From Eledone cirrhosa (Eukaryota): DNA of 64,000 nt. The notes below the pieces were generated by a model that was not told the DNA's origin, did no database searches, and worked only from the letters and a program-made list of their open reading frames with translations. This document shows positions 51,401-61,751 of this stretch, one piece after another; positions within the stretch are counted from its first letter, which is position 1; the number at the start of each line of letters is the position of its first letter. The stretch is taken from the NCBI GenBank assembly GCA_964016885.1, contig OZ024741.1, forward strand, positions 283,898,001 through 283,962,000, in the 5' to 3' direction. Position numbers and translations under genes: made by a program.

Positions 51401-54400
51401 TTACAGGATCGATAAAATAAAGTACCAGTAATACACTGGGGTAATTGTTGGCCTTGTGCCAAAAGTAGAAACAATTAATTTCCTGTTAGAAGTGTTTTAG
51501 GTTGTTGTGAAATAGCTGGTTTTGTTCAAAAATCTTTTGGTACTTTTCGTATCTCTGGATTCTTTGTGCCTTTGAAGTATTTGTTGTTTTAGACATTCCT
51601 TAGACTCCAGGATTTCCCTTTCTATTAGTATTTTTTTATTTATTCCTACTTTTGTTTTCTTTCCTATTTCATTTAAGGTTGAGAAGCATTTTCTTTTATT
51701 TTCTATCTTTTTTTGTTTCTTTGATTTCAATATTTGTGTGGGTTACATTTTTTTTTTCTGTGTAGATCTAACAACAGCAGCTGCTGCATATTGATACTAA
51801 TATTTCTTTAGAGTTTATTAAAAGAACACTTAAAAGAACAAATATACAATGAAAACACAAAACAACTAATGAACATAAACATATTGAGAATTTAAAACAT
51901 GAAGATAAAAACCAACATATCCTAACAGATAAATTAAACAACAAAATGCAACAAACCCTTACTCCAAAACACATACAATGTACTGACCAACAAAAAACAA
52001 TTCAGGACAACACAATCAAAACTTCAAATTAAAAGAAATATGAGGAGAAAGATAGTAGAAAAAACTCTAAAGAAATATATGAACATCAAGAAAATTAACT
52101 ACCTCCTGTATATGGATGATCTAAAGCCGTAAGCTCCAGATGAGAGACAACGCAAAACACTGCTACAGACAGTGCCTGGATTAACAAAAGAAATAGGCAT
52201 GAAATTTGAACTAGAAAAATGTGTGCCAAGACAATTCTGAATAGAGGAAAACTAGTGAAAAACACTAATATCATGTTAGACAAAGAAACTGAGATAAGAG
52301 AATTAGATCAAACACAGACATAGAAATACTTAGGAAACGAACTAGAAAGAATTCAACATACCCAGATGAAAGAAAGGATTAGAAAGGAATACTAGAGATG
52401 GATTAGATTATTACTTAAAACAGAACTAAATGCAAAGAATAAGTTAATTGGCATCAATATTCTGGTAACCCCAGTAATAAACTAGAATGTTAATATTCTG
52501 AACTGTACATTAAAAATACTAACAGGAATAAACAGAAAACGAATAAAAAGAAACGACTACATTTAGAATACACCATCCAAAATCAGATGTAGAAACATTA
52601 TATCAACCACAAAAACAAGAATGAAGGGGCCTTATGCAACTAGAAAACTATTATAAAATAAGTAGGACTACAAAAATATCTAATGAAGAACAAATAATCA
52701 CGAAAACTGAACTTTTTTTTTTCTCCACCCACTTATTCCTGATAAGGTCGTGGAGGAAGAGTCCTCGGACATTCTTTCCAGTGGGTCCTGTCAGAATCAA
52801 CATTTCCAACTGATCCGACTGGATCCCAAGTGAGACCAGCCAAGCTCTATGGATGGAAACGTATCTTCTAGTTCGTATTTACTTACGAAGTTATCCATGT
52901 TACGTTGGAAACATGCATTTCCGTTAGTTACACTGAATGGCATTCTAGTATACTGCCATAATTTACCATCAGCTTAAACGGATAAAGGAATTTGGATAAA
53001 GGAATTTGATGGTATGCTGAACGAGCACTTGAGATCTCCAAGGGGAATTACTCTGTTCAATAATGTCAGCATCTGTTAGGCGGCGTACTTCTGACTTGAT
53101 GAATTTTCTATCATGCTCTGGGTATTTTCGAGATTTGGCTGCAATAGGTTTACAGTCCTTACTGAGATATGCAAATAGTTCTGCAAATAGTTTTCAAAGC
53201 TGTTAATGCAGTAAATGTTAATGGTGGTCCCTGTTATCTTATATTGAATGTAATACTTTCATGCTACTCTTGGAAGCCAGTACCAAGAATTATGTCAGTG
53301 CATAAGTTTTTGAGCACGTACAGTTTCACGTTATGGTACAGTTGATTACCAAGTTTTAATGTTACAATGCAGTATCCGTTGGATTTGGCAAAGAAAGACG
53401 CAAAAGCCATACCAATGAAATTCTTCGATGAGACTGTTTTGAGGTTGAGTACATTAACTAGTTTATCACTGACAAAACTTTTGTCAGCACTATCGCTGTC
53501 AATCAATGTTTCGGCTTTGTAAGTATCATTCAATAATACTGTGGAAGTTAGACGGAAAGGAGAGCCTGCTAATACTAACACTGCTGAACATAAGTAATCA
53601 TTATGCGGGTGTCTATCATTTCCACAGAACCAGCAGATAGATTTTGGTGTCTTCTGGATTACGACAGAATATTCCTTTTCTAGCTTTGGGATTCAACAGG
53701 CTTGGCTACGATGGATGCAGTTGGACTAAAGTTTACCACTTCCGCATTCGAAAATACACTAGAACTTTGTTGGACCACATCTAGCTAACTTGCTTGATTG
53801 TTTGCAGCATTGAGGTCTAGCATGTTGTTTTCTAACAGTATCTGCCTTATTTGATTTGAATTGAGCTCATTTATGAATGCATCAGAAATCATTTCAGATC
53901 GGTATTGTTCAGCACTCACAGAAACAAAGTCACATTCCTTGCCCAGAGTCTTGTGTTCGTTTAAGAACTGGTCGAGAGTTTCTCCTGGTTTCTATCTTCA
54001 GCATGATGTTCTTTGACAATGTACACATTCTTTAGAGTCTGTACAGCTTGTTCATAACTATCCACTTCACTGGGGAATTCGTAAACATTAGGTTCCACAT
54101 AACTGATCAATAAATAAGTTTATTGACAGTTCTATAAAGTTGGTGAATGTCCTCAGCCAATGATGGAAAGTTTTATCTGCATTTGTGGTGTTTGGGTCGG
54201 TATTAAGTCTGTCTGGTTTTAAATATCTTTCCATAGTGAGTCCTTGGTAGTTTCTTTGATTGATATGAATGACCAGTTAGTTGTCTGATTCATAGAAACT
54301 ATTTTCTAATCTTAGTCTAAAACAAGTTTTAAATCAGCGATAAAACCATTAACAAAACAAAATGGCATCCATCATGACTGACAATGCGCAAGCGCTCTCT

Positions 54401-54417
54401 CTCTCTCTCTCTCTCTC

Positions 54418-54455
<38 letters not shown>

Positions 54456-57400
54456 GTCAAGGGTGGTCACTGCATTTATACATTTTCCATTACAAACAAA
54501 ATCTAATTTTTAACATATATAACGATAATTTATTAGTTGTATAAATTTTCAGTAGAATAACGTTGCAAATATGTTTTATATATATACATAAATAACATGA
54601 TAAATCGTTCAGAAGGACATTACAAATATAATGTCTAAACCGTGTATAACAATAATATTGAACAAAAATGATAAAGGAAAGAAGAAAGAAGGGAAAAAAG
54701 GAAGTGGGACAATTCATAAACAAGTGTGATAATCGGCCACACCTCACACCTTTGGAGTTAACTGCACACTTTCAGGCAAACCAACACGCTCGCAGCATTA
54801 CCACGGGTGATGGCGCTGAAATAACCAGGCACCCTCACGGGCATCACTTGACGCAACAGTATGGTGAGCCGCCAGTGAAGACAAGAACTTCGCTGTCAGC
54901 GGCCCAACTCCACCGAACGTCTCGAACTCCACAGGCTGGAGAAAAAAATTATTATTTGATAAGTCCTGGTAATTCCTAATTTTATTCCGTTCGGCAATGG
55001 AAGCAGTAACCCGAGGAGCTAGAGGATGTTTCGCTCTCAGTCGGTTGAGTGAATCTGAATTACACTGGGCGAGGGATGACAGAGAGGAGAGGAGGCGAAC
55101 AGCCCCTTTAATGTCAAATTCATTGAATTTAGCATTGACGGCCTTCTTTAAGTTCGGCAATCGACCATTGGTTGGAACTGAGTTGATCGCCGAACTGAGA
55201 GGAGCATTAATTGGGGTTGAATCAAACAACTCAAACTGCCGTTTTAGGGAAGATGTGTGGGATCCGGATTTCACGTTGGATACGCGAAGAGAGACTAAGG
55301 GGAACAAGAATAGTTTCTGCCAATCCGAGATGTCGTTGGATAGGCAGCTTGGAGAGAGCACGGGCGAAACTGGACTGAGCTCCTTTGCGATCCAGTTGAT
55401 GATTTTTCAACTTAGACAAGTCCCGGGAGGGGACAGCGGCAAAATCCTCAACAGAAATCTAGGCGCAAGAGTTAGGTTCAGACCTGCAAAGGGAATTGGG
55501 GGCTGAAGTGGCATTGGTTACACGTCCAGTTTGAGAAACTTTCAGCTTGAACCTTAGTAAATCTAATTTGAAAACAAACCTCTAGAATGCCATGCTAAAA
55601 CGATGGCAAGAAAAACCTTTACAAGGCCAATACCCAAAAAGGCTGAATAGAGCCGGTCAACAAATAGGTCAAAACGTGTTCCCCCCCCCCCTCTCCGCTA
55701 TTCACATTTCAACACCAAAAACATTTTAATTGTCCTTCCTTCTTTTGTAAATTAAATAGTATTACTGAATGTATAAGCTACTATTTTTCACTTAATGTTG
55801 GTAAATTTATAGAACACTCCACTCGATTTCGGTGGGAAAACATTTTTATTGCTATCAATTAATCTAACTCCTAAGATACTCGCGATCGACTTTTTTCAAG
55901 GAAAACGGAGGGGGTGCTGTACCCCCCCCCCCCCTCGAAGTTTTCTCTGATTTTTATGGCCTCCAAACCAGTCGGAAACGACTAGATTTGAAGAAAATGG
56001 AGGCTGAAGAGGGCACAAAATGACCATCGGAGTTTCGCAAATCTACAGATCTCTAATTTTTTGTGAAAAATAACTATTTTATTTCGCATAATTCATCATA
56101 TAAATTGTCCACCTTGATGTTTACAATGAACGATACAGAGTTGTACTTAGTAAAGAAAAACTCAACATGTTCCTATGTGGCATCATTTCACTTCATAACA
56201 TCTACCCAGACACTATTCGTTATAATTTCATCAGTCAATGGAAATTTATTTTGTATTCTTGTACTGCTTTGTGAAATACATTTTCCTCATTTGTGATACT
56301 TCCGCCATTTAAAAGTCTATTCAAAGAGCCTTTTGTCACCTCTCCCATATATATAAATTGAGGATCTTTAAACAGGTCTTCGTTATCAATATCCATGTCA
56401 CTTATGGAAGAAATCGCCTTCATTACATATGGCTTTTCGACCCATTGTGCTAATTTCCTTCCATGGATGACTTGAGTAAATGAATTGTAGGCTCTTCTCT
56501 CTGCAACAATAAATTGAAGTTTGTAAAGAGTGATATGACGGAACTGTGAAATAAAAAATCAGGCTCTAAAAGATGATTTGCAAACCATGTTCTAAGCCTT
56601 TTAAAATGTTCATCATTCCAACTTTCACTCAGGAAATAAGACTTCAAACTTGGAAAATGTTTCAAAATTCGCTTTAAACAACGTTCTAATGACAACCAGC
56701 GAACAGACAAATGTTTTTAGAACCTGCTGGTATTCCTGGTTTTCTTAAATGAAACTATATTGAGACTATCTGAAAACGCCGTCTTTTTCTTCTTCGGTTG
56801 AATTTCAGTCTTATTGTCACTCTATACTCCTACTTCAGAAACGTCCTTGTCTGTTTCCTTTGACATCATAGAGAATGGACCACAACATTCTTCCAAAATA
56901 AAACTAAAGCAGCGAATTTCACAACACTCCGAAGAGTAATTGCTTTACTACACACATGGTCGCACGTGATTGGTTGAAATCATTGGATTTTATTCTTCAA
57001 ACCAAAATAGCCACCAAAATAATCTTCGTTTCGTCGGTTATTTCCTGTCTCGTCAGAATAAATGTGATAAACAACGTTTCTGTTATCTCCTCTATTATAC
57101 TATCAAATAAACAAACATCTTTTAAAAAGGAATTCTTGAATAAGCAGTCATAAAACACAAAGTAAATAGAAATATTACAAAATATTCGAAAAGGGAAGTT
57201 TTATGGGGAGATTAAAAAATTGGAAGATTTTATGTCCTAACTTGGTGAAATGAGCCAAAATGGGGAGATCTCCCCGTAAGGCGGGGAGAGTTGAGAGGTC
57301 TGATACAAGCATACGTGTTGCGATATCTGTCCACACCTTGGTCTCTGGGTGACATTTAACGGTTATTTACTGGGTTGTCTCCTTTTGGGTGTAAACAAGT

Positions 57401-60400
57401 CCGAGAGTGGACGACCAGGGGACAGAGGAAGCGACAGATATAAATAGCCTGTCTTAGATCAAGCAGCGATCAGTTCTTGATAGAGTAAACATGTAGACTA
57501 TTGCTTCCTACAGACCCTTTGGGGGTCTTACAGACTCTTACTTTCTCTCTCTCTTTCACTCAATCTTGGTCTCTCTCTTAACCAAGCCAGTGAGGTTCGT
57601 TAAGTTTTCTTGGTAAATACAATTTAATTCTACTTTTACAAACAAACAAATAACGTACATAAGTCTTGTCTATTTTTCGTATAGCTTCGGCGTGAGCTAT
57701 TTTCAATAAATTAATAATATGGCGGTTTAGTGTTATCGTGGTTCATCATTTTTTGCGTGATCAAGGAACTATCATATTATCATCATCTTATTGAACACTT
57801 ACTCACTTACCTGCATACATGCAACCTCTGGTCACACTGCATCATACAACAGTGACCACACGATACAGCAAGCTACAAGTGATCACGCACGCAACAAACG
57901 AATCAACACCACAACACAATCAACTCCCCAACACGACCATCCAAAAATCGCTATATACGTGGCTTATTATACAAAATTTAAACGTCCTTCCTTTTTTAGT
58001 CATTTAAATAGTATTATAGAATGTGTTAGCTACTATTTCTATTTAAAGACATTTCTATTTTTTTTTTTTTTAATGTGAACTTGATAATAATATTATTCGA
58101 CGCTTACCTGGAAGTACTCAGATAATTCATATAAAGATTATTGCTGGAGTTTATCTCTCGAGAAAGGATATATTCAGCGCTAGCATCGCTGAACAATTTA
58201 TGTAGGGGCAGCTGAAAGAAATCATGGAATTAAACAAAGCAACGATTATGAAATGTTTCACCATAACCGCAAATTGATTAGAGACCAAGATCGATAAACA
58301 GACGGAAGAGAATGTGGTTGTGAAACTTAGGATAATAGGATTTTTAAAAAGCATCCAGTTTCATAGCAATGTTTTTGATGAAAAGATGAAAGATATCATA
58401 AAACAAAGAGACGAGGTGTGGAAGAATGTGAGAAAAAGGAAATAAGGCTTTCGGGGCAGAAGGATCGTTTGCGACAAAATAACCTGTGTTTCGACTGCTT
58501 CAAGGAAAGTGAAGGCGGAGTTCAAAAACAAGCTACAGACATTCTACAAAGATGAGTTTGGGGCTACAAAAAGCAATAAAAATTGAAAAGAGACAGTCAA
58601 TATCGGGAGGACATTAGTCGCTGAAGCGAACGAACGACGTAAAAATAAACTGTATGTCCGAGTTTCTTATAAGACCTTGATTAAAGAATAAAGAAAATGC
58701 TGAACGAATCACAAATCAGACTAAAGGAATATGTGAATTTTTTACCTTTTTAGTAGATTCAATAAAAATTCTTAGCTTCTCTATTAAAAGTCAAAATACA
58801 TAGTACAGATGATATATGTATCTAACAAAAGTTATGTTTCTGAGTTATTAAGTATTTTGAGAAATAACAGAAACTTACTCATGCAAGATGAAATAGATCC
58901 TGATGATTTTGTAAATTCACAACTTTCAGAAAGTGTCATTGACACTTCAATTTTATGACACTTCATCTAGTGAGGAGATCTCGAGGTTATTTAAATTCAA
59001 AAATTCACTGTCAATTATGTTGGTGAAATGAATTACCTGGTTATAAATGTTTTCATGTACCTGGAGGATACAGTGTGAGAGGTGGGAAGCCTCTGTATGT
59101 ATTTAACGATAGATTTGGACGGCTGTCTCATCTAGGACGTCACAGTCAGTGACGCTTTTGCTCCCTCACACATCATGGACAGCGCTGTAAATTTGGCGGG
59201 TAACTGCTTCCATTGCCAAACGGAATAAAATTCCTAAATACCTGAATTTATCCAGCAATTATTTTTCCAGCCTGTGGCGTTCAAACGAGACCTTTGATGG
59301 AGTTGGGCCGCTGACAACGAAGTTCTTGTCATCGCTGGCTGCTCGCCTTACTGAGGTGATACCAGTGGGGATGCCTGGTTGTTTCAACACCTTAGCCTCA
59401 CCATCACCCGTGGCAATGCTGCGAGCGTATTGGCTTGCCCCAAAGTGTTTACTTAACCTTTATGATGTGATGTGCGGCCGATTGTCACACTTGGTGGTGA
59501 ATTGATGGTCATTTTTGCTTTTGTCCCTTCCCTCTTTTTTTCTCTCTTTTAGGCTTTTATATTTGTGTTTATCAACGACATTATATTTGTAATGTTCTTC
59601 TGAACGTATTGCAAGCAATTTGTAATGTTATTTATGTATATATTCAAAACATTTGTAATGTTATTTATACAACTGGGAATAAAATCTCCATATGATATGA
59701 AAAGTAAGAACTACATATGAGTAACGAAAACCTTGAAGCTCAATTTATTGAAGCAATAAGACCACCACCACACCACCACCCGGAAAAAAAAATATTTTAC
59801 TTGGAAATATATATCAACCACGAAAAGGGAAAATAAAAACTTTTAACCAAAATATAATCAAGTTTCTCACTGCTATAAAGCAGAAGCCAATATTTATTTC
59901 TGGTGACATTAATCTCAACTTATTTGCATATGAATCGGATCCAGTTAAGAAACTTTTTTCAGCATATACTTCAAAGTTATCTTATGCCTTCCATCATTAA
60001 TGCCACCCGTGTAACAAACATAAAAAAAGCACTTGCATTGACAACATATTGTTTAAGTTTAATCAGAATGTTAAATCTGGCATCGTGCGTGCAAAAATCA
60101 CTGATCATTATCTAATCTTCTTAGTAATAAGAGTTATTTTGTGCAGCCCCAAAAATCTATCGAAGAAAGTAATGGTTAAAAAGAGGATATTCACTCAAGA
60201 AAATGTTAATCTTTTCAACAGCAAGCTCAAAGAATGTAATTGAACGTCTGTTATCAACACACGTGATTCAAATAAATCTTATGAAAATTTTTTTATTAAT
60301 TTCGAATGTTTTTGTAATGACTATTTTCCTATAAAAGAAAATTTAGTGAAAGAAAAGTCTATTTTGAATAAATGGATGACTGCAGGTATTTTGCATAGCT

Positions 60401-61713
60401 CTGAGTGAAAACAAAGGTTGTATTTGAAATACATAAAAAATAAAACTCCCAAGAATGATGAAAGGTACAAAAAATATGCTAACATTTTTAACGCATTAAA
60501 ATAGAACGCTAAAATCTTTTATTTTCCGAACCAAATTAAAAAATACAAATGAAATGTTAAAAAAATATGGTCAATTATGAAAACAATAATTTCTAAGAAC
60601 AAGCCTGTTAATAATCTTCCAAATTGCATATCAATAAATGGTGAAAAGATATACAACAAGAAGTTGATTGTTGAGGAACTCAAGAAATTTTTCACCAATG
60701 CTGATTCAAATCTCATGTCAAAAATACCAAGAGCTAATAACAACTTCCTTGAGTTTTGGGGGTTTTTTTTAAAGACCAACTATTTGTAGACCTCGAAAAG
60801 GCATATGACCATTGTGGAAGGTTCTGCAGGAGTATGAGTGAAGAAGAAGAAAAGACCAACCATTTATTCAAAATGAATCCAGTTACGGTTGATGAATTGA
60901 AGAATGCATTCACTTGTCTGAAGGCGAACAAAGTACCTGGATATGACTCCTTAAGTACAAAGATTGTTAAAATTATTACAAATGAATCAATAAAGTCCCA
61001 TTACTAAATGTCTCCAATACTTCATTTGCATCTGGAGTATTTCTGGATAAAACGAACATAGCAAAAGTCATGTCACTTTTTAAATCAGGAGCAAAGACAG
61101 TTGGTATTATTCATTTTACCAGTCTTCTTCAAATTGATAGAGAGATTCATGCACTCACATCTTTACAACTTCTTTGAGAATATTAACATTTTTATTCAGA
61201 ACAGTTTGGTTTTTGAAATAATTCCGGTATAGACTATGGGTTGATAGGATTCATTAATGACATCACAACAGTTATGTCAAATAAGCATGTTACATTTGGA
61301 GTTTTCATTGACCTCAGTAAAGCTTTCGTTACTGTTGAACATAAAAAATTTGAAAATTATGGAATTACTGGGAAAGAACTATCATGGTTGGAAAGTTACT
61401 TAGACAATACATACCAGTTTGTGCAAATTGATGGTATTGAATCCGAGTAGAAACCAATATCTTGTGGTGTTCCTTAATGAACCGAAATTTTAATTCACAG
61501 TTATATATGTGTGTGCATATGTATATATATATGGGGGGGGGGGGGTATATGAGTAGATGTAGATGTGTGGGTGTGTATATATGTCTGTATGGACATATGT
61601 AATATGGAAAACGAAGAATCAGTGATGCATCGGAACACAATCATACTCTGCTCCGAAGGAGCATAGAGTGCTCAACCGGCATACCGCCTATGGACGCATC
61701 CTAGCAACCATAC

Positions 61714-61751
<38 letters not shown>

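Noticed and set aside
57316-57640. Possible solo LTR (TG...CA, TATA-like box)
   Set aside because: No target-site duplication or second copy visible.
57806-58130. Strong minus-strand donors (CAG|GTAAGT at ~57810; CAG|GTAAGC at ~58108)
   Set aside because: Upstream frames contain stops or have the wrong phase; adjacent to a LINE 5' region. An alternative 5' UTR exon cannot be excluded.
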